Shown one piece after another: positions 1 through 13,100 of a stretch of DNA of 64,000 nt. A program made the translations under genes and the position numbers. The stretch is from Mytilus californianus (Eukaryota), in the NCBI RefSeq assembly GCF_021869535.1, contig NW_026262695.1, forward strand, positions 1,736,001 through 1,800,000, read 5' to 3'. Each line of letters begins with the position of its first letter. Position 1 is the first letter of the stretch. A model generated the notes under the pieces. That model searched no databases. It saw only the letters and a program-made list of their open reading frames with translations, and was not told the origin of the DNA.

Positions 1-17
1 ATATCTCGGGGGGAAAA

Positions 18-50
18 CTACTACTACTACTTCTACTACTACTACTACTA
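18..50. repeat. (CTA)n microsatellite
   Basis: ctactactac...ctacta run with one ctt interruption, seen directly. Confidence 0.9.
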
Positions 51-1922
51 TTGAAAATGAAGAAATAAAAAATATTATTTTACATAGTGTACTTCACCAT
101 GAAGAAATAAAAACCAAGTTTCGCTAAACGTTTATTAGTCAAGGTGTGAATCTTTATACTCACAAAAGTAAGTGACGCATTTGTTCGTATCTGACATTTG
201 TGGCTGTTTTGGAAATGCCCTTTATGGTTTTAATGTCGTAAACCTTGAAACATTAGGGTTCATGAAATATTCTGAATGTGCACACACTACGCCTATCCCA
301 AGATTGAAGATTGTAGTTTGCGTCCTGCTTTTGGCTTACTGGTAAATTTCATTGAAATTAGAGAAACATATAGATTTAAAGAAGTAACTTCTGCAACATT
401 GCAGGACATTTTAAAAGTAAGTCTAATCGGAGAGTTAGAATGGAGGGGAACATGTTTTCATATCTGATTTAAGAGCTATACTGATCAACAAATATTTTCT
501 TTGGTGTATATATTGCTAAAATCCACCAAATCTTAATCGTTAGAGTACCTATTGATTCGGTTGACTGATTTCAAACAGACAACTATCAATCAGATTGACA
601 GTACAGTAATAATTCACATTCTTTTATCGAGTCTATTGTCGTAAGAAAGACAAATCTGCCAAAGATTATAAAAATATAGAATTAGTTTCCAGAAAATTAG
701 GTATGAAATTTTTCAATTAGTAACAACATATATCACCTGCGTATGGTGTATACATATTACAGATAGATTGGTTTTCGAACATTGAATTGCATGAGAGTAC
801 AGACACTTTTACAGAAACTGCTTATTCATGAAGAAATCGTCACGAACAGGTCGATCGTTTTCTGTATGTAACAGAAATCACCATGATAACCTTTTATAGT
901 TCAATGATCACTGTTAATTTTTTGTGCCGAGTTTCGCTTGCCATTTGCTATAAGTTCATGAAAAAGGTCGCCTATATTGGATTATAGCATTATTGTGTGG
1001 GTAAAGATTGTCTGAAAGGCCTCACCTGAGCATAACGTTTTTGCACCGAAAAGAGAAAAAAACAAAAAAAAAAACAAAAAAAAAACAAAACAAAACAAAA
1101 GAGAAGGGACGAAAGTAGGACTGAATTATAGATAGTACAAATAATAAACGTTAGGTTTTCGTGCTGAAGTCAGTTTCAAATATTATTTACCATGATCAAT
1201 GATATTTCTATATTTTTATATCTCGTAGTTTATGACTGACATAGAAGTTTTTTTGCTACGTGCTACCTCGAATGATTACAATAAGGCAGAAAATGATAAG
1301 TCATATAATTCTTACTGTGAGCTGGCCAAACTTTTATCTGCATATCAACTGCAACGTTATTATCGGGAAACAAAATCTTAAGTCTCTTGTTTTCTTTCAT
1401 TGAACAATCTTGGGTCCTTAGAAATCAGTAGGAGCAAGCTTCACAATGGATACGACTTGCATAGTTAATGGATTGAGAAGATAAAATGACCGTTAATGGT
1501 TTTAACCTAATGTATTTACCATTCAAAACAACGAAGAAGTCATACACACCTAATAAAATACATTGTTTATAAAACATACACAAAAAACTAAAATTTTATT
1601 ATGTCTTTTAGTCATATCATAAATAATATTTAGTAAAAGAGATACTTACATATCACCCTGATCATTCTTTGATTGTATTTCTTCTAGGGTTATTTCTTGA
1701 GTTTTTTTGTCTATGAGAAATCAAAGAAATACTGATTAAGATGATCAAATATTTTCCGTTCATTTCAGATACTTGATAATTTTATTGACACCATAGTTGT
1801 TACGTTTGGAGTCTCCCGACATTCGGTATTCCTATGGAAACCTAATGGTCTCCTGTTAACTGGCTTGTTTCTTAATTCTTATCGGCTGATTTCATAGCTT
1901 TGGTTCTAAACTTTACTTTTCG

Positions 1923-1948
1923 ATATATATATATATATATATATATAT
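1923..1948. repeat. (AT)n microsatellite
   Basis: 13 uninterrupted AT units, immediately upstream of the Penelope-like fragment. Confidence 0.95.
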
Positions 1949-1980
1949 GATGCACTTATACTGAATAACAGTTTGGCCAG

Positions 1981-2290
1981 TATGTTGATCGCATCAATCC
2001 CATTGAACTTCAAATTATCGATAATACGGATACCGTTAAGTCTAATTCATCTCTTTACTTAAATCTACAAATTGACAATGAGGCTTGGTTGAGAACTAAA
2101 TTTTTGCGAAAAAGAGATTATATCCATTTTTCTTAATTTGAACTTTCCATTTCTGTGTAGCAACATTTCAGCAGCGCATTCATATGGAGTATACATTTTC
2201 ATGTTGGTACAATATTCCAAAGACATGAATTTCTTATCATCATTTTTTCTTATAGAGGATTTACAAGAAAGCCATTGGACCGATGGTTCC
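1981..2290 (+). mobile_element. Penelope-like retroelement RT C-terminal remnant (degenerate)
   Basis: Translation YVDRINPIELQIIDNTDTVKSNSSLYLNLQIDNEAWLRTKF, then frameshifted ...FPFLCSNISAAHSYGVYI. This matches the YPxELEIKDTTDT..SASYLDL..EID....KTKLYDKRDDF..FP...SNIP...AYGVYISQL pattern I recognise from Penelope-type RTs. Confidence 0.7.
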
Positions 2291-3984
2291 ACATGATTAA
2301 ATTGAAATCATCCTTTCAAAGGATTTACGTACGCGATGTATTGTCAAAAATAGAATATTTGTGTCACATAAATGACCACGGATATAGTTTACATGTCGTA
2401 GCCACAACCTTTTCCTCATTTTTTCGATGTAACTTCACCAAACGCGACTTATTTCTGATTTTTTACTTGTAATTAGTTTATACAACGGGTCCCAGTCGGG
2501 AAGCAGGAACTGCGTACATTGTCTTTAAATATATATATATGTTATGTTTACGGGACTTTTTGATAGTTGTATTTCCTTTTGATCATGATGTTGCTTGTTT
2601 GTATTTGTCTAATGGTTTTTAATTGCCCCTTGGTATCCTCTCCAGCCTTTTTCTATGTAATATAAACTTATCAAAGATACGAGGCTTATAATTTTGTACG
2701 CCAGATGCCCATTTCGTCTACAAAAGACTCATCACTGACACTATAGAATACATGCAAGGAACTTTCAGATAGTTGAATTTATATAAATGCACTGCTACAG
2801 TAATAGGGTAATACCTCTCACTTTTCTTTTCTTTGGTTGTGATTCGCTGTAAAGGTAATTTTAGAAAAAAACATGAATTAATAAATACGAATATTGCATT
2901 ATATTACAACAAAAACCAACCCAGTATCATACTTCTCGCGACTAAAAGATAAATGTACAAGACAAGTATACATATAGCTCAACCACCGCACAGTTTAAAT
3001 ACTTTATTAAATGTGTCTTTGGTCATATAGAAGTCTAGGATTACATGAATATGAATAACAATAAAATAGATTAGAAACTTTTGATATATTTCAAAAAACA
3101 TCTTTAAATGTATATAAGTTCTAATCGGATTTAATCAAATCAAGCATTACAATTATGTTAAAAGTCGACAAGCTGGCAAAACAAACATATGATCATCGAA
3201 CTATACCTTGATAGATGGTTCCAAACAAACCCAATGAAATTGATTCAAAATAAAAACGTCAGTTATCTAAAAACCAAAATTATTGAATTTTTCTCCGAAG
3301 CATTAATATCAATATAGAGGTAAAACCTTTTAGAGTACTCAGTTAAAAAGTGTCTTTTTGACCTACGCTACCTTTCTAGTGCTAGTAAAAAGTACTTCTA
3401 TTTCAAGGTATATTCAAGAAAAAACTAAGATTTCGGTGAAATAATAATCAATATATGGCTGTAATGTGAGAGTAACTTAAACAATACACATAAACAACAT
3501 AATCTTATTATTTCGTTTATTTTATGTCCTAAAATGATAGGTTTCCTCCACTTCCCTATTACTTTCATCTACATAAGTTTAGTATAAGTAGAAAATCGAA
3601 TTTATCATCTAGAAACCAAATATTTCTTCCCCCCCTATATTCCATTGGAAACAGTTTTCTTGTTAAATCATGCAAAAAAAAAAATAATAATTTCATCTCA
3701 AAAGCATTTGTTTGAAGAATATATGATTTTTCGTTACAGGGATCTTGAACCTTGGCCTATTTGTCTAAAATCAATAGGCTTCTGTCCTTGCTTTACATCT
3801 GCTATTGGTATATATTTGGCTGTACTCAAGTAAGAGAACACAATATTTCATCTGGAAACCATTTGTGTCAGTCCCATGAACGGATATACAGAAGGCTGGA
3901 CGGATGGACAAAGCAATGACTACATGCTCTAAAACGTTTTTTTCGGGAAACATAAGAAAAGATAGTTGCCTCAAAATAAATACG

Positions 3985-4107
3985 TCACCTTTGTATATTG
4001 GAACCTTCTTGATATATTATTCTTTTCCGTGGTCCACCTTTTTTGTTTCGGCGCTTTGTCTTTTTATTTTCTGCAACGCTACTGTAGCTGTGTTTCCGAC
4101 AATGTGG
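3985..4107 (-). CDS. Exon 14 (terminal): end of ePHD and basic NLS-like tail, PHCRKHSYSSVAENKKTKRRNKKGGPRKRIIYQEGSNIQR*
   Basis: Acceptor atatttctttcag|CCA. PHCRKHS supplies the final C/H ligands (compare JADE SYCPKHS). TGA at 3987-3985. Confidence 0.8.
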   Translation of the reverse strand, partial: PHCRKHSYSSVAENKKTKRRNKKGGPRKRIIYQEGSNIQR

Positions 4108-7100
4108 CTGAAAGAAATATTTTTGGAAGTTTATTCATGACGTGTGTAGACTCGTACGGTTATAATATACGTGTATTTGTTTCATTTCTTAAACTCGGGT
4201 CTCCGCTAATAGATTGCATATAAAAAAGAAGACGGCTATAAGGAGTAAAGAATGCAAATCGAATAGAAAGCGGCAACACTCTCCCCCTCCAAAAAAAAAA
4301 CCAAAAAAAAAAACCAAAAAACAAAAAACAAACAGAAGCTTACGAACACATAACACACAATCAAAGATTCAACAATACGAACCTAATCAATGCTTGGAAG
4401 AAGTCAATTGCTGCGGAATGTTAATATTTCTAAAGATGAATTTTCTTTTTGTTTTCGAAGTCTTGTTAACGAAATCATATTATGAGTATATTTGATACAG
4501 GTTTCTTCCTCAACTAAAATACTAGTATATATAATTGATTTAATGAAAGTAATGTCAGAATTTTCTGAAATAGATGCTTGGTAAACTTCTATAAAATCAG
4601 TATCTTTATGTTATTAAGACCAGTCAGATATAACCCTTCTTGACACTGCTAAGCAATGCACCATTACCACTCCCTGGCCAATTTGAATTCGTATCTGTTC
4701 AGCTTTTTTAAAGACGCCGACATTTGGATTTCCGCACCTGCAAACCAGCGTTTTGACATTTTACTGCAAATTATACCTTAAACACCAATTCTGGTTCTTC
4801 AATCATTTCCATTAGCAAATTGTTTTCAAAACCACATCTACTGTGGAATGCCTTGTAGCAGCCTTTAACGCAACATTGAATGCAAGCGCCCTCCTGTTGT
4901 TTACAAAGACAGCATGTCATCGTCCATCGCTCTTTCTGAAAATTTCATGTAAAGCTGAACACGATTTAACTCGATGAACTACGATACTGTAAAGATATGT
5001 TATGTTATAGGGAATTTATATTGTATACTTCTTAATTTTTTTCCTTTGACAATTCTGAACTTAGAAAAAATTAGTGTTAAATTAGCGATCAATATGAAAA
5101 GAATATTTCAAGTTGGTTACAAGCCTCGAACCAACTCAAAGTATGTCTAAGAACGGACATTCATTATCAGCTCAGTTCGTCTTTAATTTGAAAGTGTTAA
5201 TATGAATTTTCATGTATGTATAAGTTTTACGGAGTTGGTGTGGTGGAATTCAATTTTTTTTATAAAATATTTTCACTTTTGCGTTTGTGTTTGAAAAGTG
5301 TTCTATTAAAAAATTGATTAATTAATTCTAAATAAATGATAGAAATATTATGTTCATATCAATTTCAGGGAAAAACATCTATCTTTAAGCATTTAATTCA
5401 TTGTATATTTAATTTTGCTATTGTTTTAAAATGTGTATTATGATTAAAAGTTTTTTGTCTGATTAAATAAGCATTTTTTGTTGTATTTTTTGTTGTTGTT
5501 TTTTTTAGTAATATCTTTTATTTTAAATCACCTGGAATACACAAACCCTATGCAGTCCAGGGCAGCTGACAGAGGGGTCCCTGCTTTCATTTAACATATC
5601 CCATTTGCCAGGGAAAATACAAATGGGTGAAAAAAAAAAGAAAAAACTCTTATATAATATATATTCAGTAAATCATAGACAGATGCTGTTTTTATATATA
5701 TATTCAGTATATATATATAAAAACAGCATCTGTCTATAATTAGTTACTGTATTCTTCCCTCGATTCTTTACACTTTGAAATCTTGCATTTTCATATAATT
5801 TTATCCGTTTAAGATACAATTATAAAATTATGTATAAGAGTTATTTATATTGTTTTCTTTCTAACAATTTGCACTGTTTAAAGTTCAATCCGAGCTCGTG
5901 TAAATAAGAGACAACCAATTATGAAATCTTTTGTTATTTAAATTGTGTTCCCGGTTAAATGCCTGTTAGATATTGACATAGCCAAAACACGTGCTTCAGT
6001 CACCAGAATTTTCGATGAATGGTTATTTGAGAAATTGTATGTTCACTTATGAACAAACACAGTCTGTGGTGAGTAAATTCTAGTTCAAAAAGGTTTACAA
6101 TTATATAGTATGTAATATAAATATGTATTAAGTATAAACTATAAAATAAACTTATATAAATAATGGCGGTTGTTTGTAAATAAAGGTGTAAACAATATAC
6201 TAGTTCAAAGTGTGCTTTTTGTATTCAAATGATAAATATAGCTATAATACCGGGGCACAGGTTCTTTCATAATTATATATATAATTCTGCATAATGAGCA
6301 AAGAATAAACAAGTGATGTCAAATTCGACCATTTATAGTGAATACAATATTTGAGATAAATGTTCAAGTTTGTCTATTCCGAATAAGTTCTTTTTGTTTG
6401 ATTAAGCGATCATTTTGATAAAATCATTCATATCTTTCTTAAAAATTCGGAAAATGGATGTTTCATTAAAAAATTGTTTTGTTGAATTTAATGTCGTTCC
6501 GACCTTTCCAAATACTAAATTTCCCCTAAAAACACTATCAAATTTCCAATATTTATTTCCGTTTTATCAATATCTTGGTTATATCCAATAATCATGTTTT
6601 GGACCTCAAAGTTAAGTGTTTTATCTATGCACAGAGATAGCAATATTTTTATTTCTTCAATGATTCTTTGAATTTTACAACAATAATAGAATAGATACTC
6701 TTGGGTTTCAAAAAATTTGCCACATAAGTTACATAAGCCATCGGACTTTCGCATTTAATACAATTTAAATTCAGTGTAATGAATATTATGTAATGATTTC
6801 CATTGAAATTGGAATATATTGTTTGATACAGGCAGCTTGTGTAGCTTTTTCCAAACTGATTGCCAGCCTAGTTCCGTATTAAATGTACTGTTCCATTTTA
6901 TTTCACATTTTGCACTTGTACATTTATTAAGTATTTTTTTGTAATGATTTTAATTGCATTTTTTCTGGGGGTATAAAATTACTTTTCATATCAAATATTT
7001 TGTTATTCTGGATTTTTATGTTCTTCAAATTTGTTGCATTACTAATGGCGCTTCTTAGTTCGTTAATCCAATCACTGGGGATTGATTTCTTTTTTTTTTT

Positions 7101-10100
7101 TTTGTTGTCTTTAATTTTTCATGGATTTAAACTGCATGCGTTACTATAATCATAATTTACCAATGCAAATAAATATGCAAATGATTTTAGGTAAAATGTA
7201 TAGCGTTACATTAAGTTGCAAAATTCAGTCCTTTAAAATAATGGACAGCTACAACTTAATTTTGTTTTAACTTTATGCCCATGCTTTAAAGTATGGACCT
7301 CATTATATATGTAAGCCTAAAATCTATGTTTTTTTCCGCAAATCTATGTCCTTTTTAATATTGCGTCATAGACGTTCCAAATTTATGTCCTTTATTGTCT
7401 CAAATCTATGTCTATTATTGTCTCAAATCTATGCTCTGTATTGTCTCAAATCTATGTTCTTTATTTACTCAAATCTATGGCCATTTTTGTCTCAAATCTA
7501 TGTCCTTTATCGAAATGTGGTGACGTAAGACATAGCAAGACGTATATGACGTCACTGCATAAAGGGAATGATGGCGGAGCAGGACACTATTCAAAACGAG
7601 GGATATATTATATTTAGTAAGCGGAAAAAGGGTTTTTCAAAGGATCCAAATCCAGAAGCGTTTTTGGCGGATATTCCTCACATTCTACAGATTGCTAAAG
7701 CAAAAGAAGAACATCAAAACTGGGGAGCAAAGAAAATTGTTGACGAATTGAAGGTGCCGTTTTCGGACAGAATGGTAAAAAAGTTTTTGTCGCTTTACTT
7801 TTATGACCAAGAATCTAAATGTATATACAAGAAATCTCAAGACTTAAATAGCAATCATAGGAAATGTTTGGACAAAGAGCAATTGATTGATATGATAAGC
7901 AAAAAACACATGAAGGACCACAGAAAATATGAAGCAATTTATGACTGTTTAAGAAGTACAATATTTAATAAGATAAAACATCGAGATACTATTTAAATTA
8001 AACGTCAACTGTCCGTGCTGTAACAATGCCGTAGAAATTCCTAAAACAACAGTTTTAAGGCGCCCAATTCCTGCAACTTACGCTATCAGTCGTTGGCAAA
8101 AGACTTAAAGAAAATGCCACCAGGCAAAGGTTACAACTACTTTTGTAACATAGTAGATTGCTATTCTCGTTTAGCATTTGGTGGTCCATTAAAAGGGAAA
8201 TTCGCAAAAGATGTAGCTGAACTTACTTTAAAATGAGTATATCTCTATGGTTCACAAAGAATATTACAAAGTGACAACGGAAAAGAATTCACAAATGCAA
8301 ACTTGGCTGAAGTTGTGTCAATTTTCAAGACCCGGCAGTTACATGGACGTCCCTATCACCCACATAGCCAAGGACGTGTATAACGCTTCAATAAAACACT
8401 AACAGAATATTTTAGAAAAGAGATGTTGTTAGAAAAAGACTGGCCTTCAAAATTTTATTACAACTAGGTACACAAAAGTACAATGCCTTCAACACCATAT
8501 CAGCTTTACTTTAAAAGACCTAACTTTGCACCACCTATTGATGAACAGGTAACTATAAAAACGAATAGAATTTGAAAAAAAAGAAATATAAATATTTATA
8601 GAAAGTCACGAATTACGTTTTTTAAATAAATGATATTCATCTTGTCCTATTATTTTTATTATACTACACATTATATAATACACTTACCTTAATGTTTTAT
8701 TAATTAGACGCGAATTTAAAAGCTGAATAAAAACCCCCAACCCCAACCCCCAACCCCCAACACAGACACATACTTACACATGAATAATTTGATATCTTGT
8801 GAAACTATATGAAAGTTACATACTACATGCATTGTAATTCATTAATGATAACTGAATTATTCTGTAATGCAATGTTCAAAATAATATAAAATGTCAAAGT
8901 AATACATGTATGTATATATGACGTATATAAACCTATTGTAGTATTGTTGAAAATATATACGTGCCATAAAACCGTTTTTATTTTTATAGCTTCCATTTGT
9001 GCACCTAACTGAAGATGAAAGAAAATTTCTAGCACAGGCACACTTAGATGTAGAGGTTAAAGAAGAAGAGATTGATGAAATAGTACCTGACAGTGACTTA
9101 AATGAAAATGGAAATTTTGAGATGTTAAGGAACATGGATGACAGAGATTTAACGTTTGAAGGTAATGATACAAGTCTTTATTTACTAAAATAACAATCTG
9201 AAAGTTTTTAATTTTATAAGGCACCGATATCATTTAAACAAAGTTTTTTTTAATACATGTTTATGAAAAACAAATATTAAAATGCATATTTTGAATTTAC
9301 TGTGTTATCATGTCATTATTCTATATATACGTATGAATTTTGCCCCTGGACGTTACACAACCATCGATAGTACTGTTTAATTTGTTTAACCTAATTTTTT
9401 TAAAAGAAGCCATGGATATTGTGTCGGAACCTAACGAAGAAAACCAAGAAGTTCAGGAGACAAACAAAGGAAGGCAGTTGAAAAATGATCATATAGTTAC
9501 AGAAACCGGGGATACAAACTTCACTACGGAAACAGATGATATTGCAAATTTAGAAGTCGTAAGTAATGTTTTAGTATGATAAAATATTTTGCTACATTAA
9601 ACATGTGTGCATTGTGCATGTGCGTTTTGAAAAAAAAATGTTATACGCTAATTAAAAAAAAGTTGAAGATTGAGGTAAAGCCGTCATTCACCTTTTCACT
9701 TTAAAAAGTTTGAATAAATAAAAACGAATCGAAAAGAAAAATATTCATGTAAATTTAATGATGTCTTTTTTTTTCATTTAATTATTTTTCCACATATTTT
9801 ACTTTATTTACTTTAAGATGCAAAATAATCTTGATCCCATGGAAGGTGCAAGTCCGTATTACAAGGAACTATACAAAAGGTGTTTTGGAAATGCTAGCAA
9901 CGATAAAGAAAATGCTATTCAGGTAAGTCATAGATATAAAAAGATCATATGTTGATTGCAAAATTAATTTGTCTTTTTTTCTTATCCTAATATTTTTTAT
10001 ATAGATATAAGAAGATGTGGTATGAGTGCCAATGAGACAACTCTCTATCGAGAAAATCCCGCACCCGGAGGCGTGCTTTAGCTGGCCCCTAAACAAAAAT

Positions 10101-13100
10101 GTGTATTAGCTCAGTGATAATGGATGTCATACTAAACTACAAAATATATAAATATGAAATGAAATTAAAAATCATACAAAACTAACAAATGCCAGAGGCC
10201 CCTGACTTGGGACAACCCTCCCCCTATACCTCTAGTCAATGTAGAAAAACAAACACACAGTAATACGCACAGTAAAACTCAGTTAAAAAGAAGTCCGAGT
10301 CCGATGTCAGAATAGGTAACAAAAGAAACTAAACAAAAATACAATGATTCATAATTTAACAAAGGACTACTAGCAGTTACTGACATGCCAGCTCCAGACG
10401 GCCTTTAACACGGAGCATTGACTCACACCAAACAAGCATTGTACAAGTGGTTCATATGACAAAAGCAAGATTAACATTTTATTTATTAATACAGAGGGTT
10501 TTAAAATGCTTTATGATTTTTTTTTAGACTGGAGGAAAATCTGTTATAAATACTGGACTGATGGAGAATTTAAAAACATCTACTAGAGATTTATCCTCTT
10601 GAAATGTTTTCTGACAATTATCAGGACATCTTTACTCCGGCTATTGGGGAATATTTACAATTCAGGACAAATCCAGCCATGAACAAATGGACTGCAGTGT
10701 TTACATCTGGTTTCTGGAGAGAACGAATATGCCAAAACATAAAGAATGATTCTTCTCGGGGAAAGATTTTCGTTATTAAAGACATAATTACAAATTTTAC
10801 ATTTGAACTAAATAGATATCAGCTAAGACCAAAAAGTTAATATATGTCCCATTGTGATTCACAAATTCTTCAATTAAATATATAAAACACATTTTATTTT
10901 TAGCGATTTAGAATGATTTTTTGTTATTCAGGGTAAAACATAGATAAAGTGGTATGAATGTCCATGAAACAGCTATATGGAGGAGAGACAAAATGAAGTA
11001 TGTTGATATTGCAAAAACATATTCAGTCTTAACTGTTTTTTTAGTGAAAAAAAAATTATGTGTAGTTTCATTCTTGAAGGCCCACAATAATTACACAGGA
11101 TTTAAATTATTAAGCACACACATGGAGAATTATGGGAAAATCCTATAAGGCCGTACTTATTAGACGGGCATACATTTGCGCATGGCGAAACAAACTGGAA
11201 AAAAAATTTAAGAAAAGCTCACAGATTTGAGGCCGTATCTTTTTAAACGGACATAGATTTGCGAATGACGTCACGATTGAAAATAGGACACAGATTTGAG
11301 GCCGTATTTTTTTTATGGACATAGATTAGCGATTGACGTCACGATGGGGCACAGATTTGAGAAACTGACACAGATTTCAGGCCGTACACAGATCTGAGGT
11401 TTACATATATACAGACTTTTGACGTTTATATGTTCCCATCAAATTGAAAGGACAAGAAAAACGTTGTCTCATAATCAATTATTTTCTATGATGCCTAACG
11501 GGGGGTCTGATATTTATATTCGACTTATTGTGACGTGATGAGGCATATTATAAATGTTATTGCCGGCTTTGCACTAGCTGAACCTGTAGGATATGATCGT
11601 ATCCGCGAACTGGTATGACGTATCTTTTTACTTTCGGTCACTTAAATGAACAGCAATACGAATATGATTGCTATATGTGTGATGAACATCTTTCCATTAC
11701 GTTGATAAAATACGTACAGGTATCTTATCAAGACTTTCCATTTTCTCCATTCGTTGTGCATCCTCAAACCTAATTTCTGGTATCCACCATACACACTGCA
11801 CATGAGCCCATTCTCTACCGTCACTATAATACAAAAAAAGTGCTTGTTATAGGAAACACTTGAAAATCATTTTTTTTTCAAACAACATCCTTTAACACTT
11901 TCGTCTGTTAGAAACGAATAGGTACATTTTATGATTTTGTCTGCTTTATTTTCTTTAAGGTTTACAACTTTTTGTATTTGACGCAAAACTGCAAACCGTA
12001 AAACTAATTGATTTAAGTTTTTTACCGAAAGAGACATATTGAATAGTTTAGTAAATGTCTTAGAAATTATGCTGGCAACCGCTGGTATACGTGTATCTAT
12101 ATTCAAAATTTTTATCTTGTCTAAAATTTCTTTCTCAGGGATGAAATATTTGTTTAAACGACAAAGAGTTAGATATTAAGCAGACCTCAACTTTTGGTAT
12201 TTGCCTTAATATAATGTTCACGAGGATATATGAGATACATGCACTTGCGGAGATGTATGATATTTGGTGAGTTAGAGGACATCGTCAATACTTTTGTATT
12301 CAAAACTAAAGATTGTGGAAAGATGTTCATTTCTTTTTGTCTCTGGAAATGATTTTTATGATTTCGTGTTCATATGAATATAAAAACCATTCGATCTGTG
12401 GGGATGAACAATAAGTACATATTGGAATTCCGAGTATTTGTCGAAATATCAATTTTCAAATATCAAAGACATACAATCTCAAATATGCCAATGTTTACGT
12501 TTTAATGACACCAAAATGGCATAAAAGAAGAAAGCTTTGCATTTCAGTAGAAAATTGTATATAACCTATTTACCGATAACCATGTGTTTGGTTTAACTTT
12601 GAGAGTTTTCCTCTGCATTCCACAAAGAAAAGCAACATTCAGGATAAATGCTGTATCATATTACGCCAGTCTTATAAGTTTTTAGGCGGGTTGAGGCGAC
12701 AACAATAATAAAATATGATGTGATGTTCCTTTTTTCGGCAGTTTAGTAACATTAATCAATTTTACTGCACCAGATGCACATTTCGACAATTAATATTTCT
12801 TCAGGGGTTATACCAGTACCAAAGTACTAAGTGATATTCGTAGGACAAGGCAGCACAACTCAGATCTATATGGGTTAAAACTGTGTGTTTCACTAGTATT
12901 GTTGTATTGTTGCTAAAACGTAAAATAACAAAAATACCACAAATACTCGGAATTCCAATATGTACTTATTGTTCATCCCCACAGATCGAATGGTTTTTAT
13001 GTTCATATGAACACGAAATCATAAAAATTAAAACGGTAAGTCTTTTATCAAATGGAAAAATCAAAAGCTCAAACACATCAAACGAATGGAAAACAACTGT

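Larger units (their letters stand above)
7310..11405 (+). mobile_element. Ginger-like (Gypsy-integrase-related) DDE DNA transposon, both ends present, inactivated
   Basis: Ends TGTAAGCCTAAAATCTATGT (7310) and, reverse-complemented, TGTAAACCTCAGATCTGTGT (11405): 16/20 identity. TATA flanks both sides (7306-7309, 11406-11409). The interior encodes an rve-type integrase. Confidence 0.8.

Noticed and set aside
276-467. 63-aa plus ORF near the window start
   Set aside because: No recognisable motif or supported splice structure.
3736-3830. Plus-strand acceptor/donor pair (ttacag|...|gtaaga) encoding DLEPWPICLKSIGFCPCF
   Set aside because: Isolated, no recognisable homology, and antisense to the 3' end of the main gene.
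4214-4495. 93-aa Lys-rich ORF resembling an NLS-bearing protein
   Set aside because: Produced by a poly-A/AAAC low-complexity tract in intron 13.
11642-11824. 60-aa minus ORF MTVENGLMCS...
   Set aside because: Off-frame reading of exon 12; the WAHVQCVWWIPE frame is the meaningful one.
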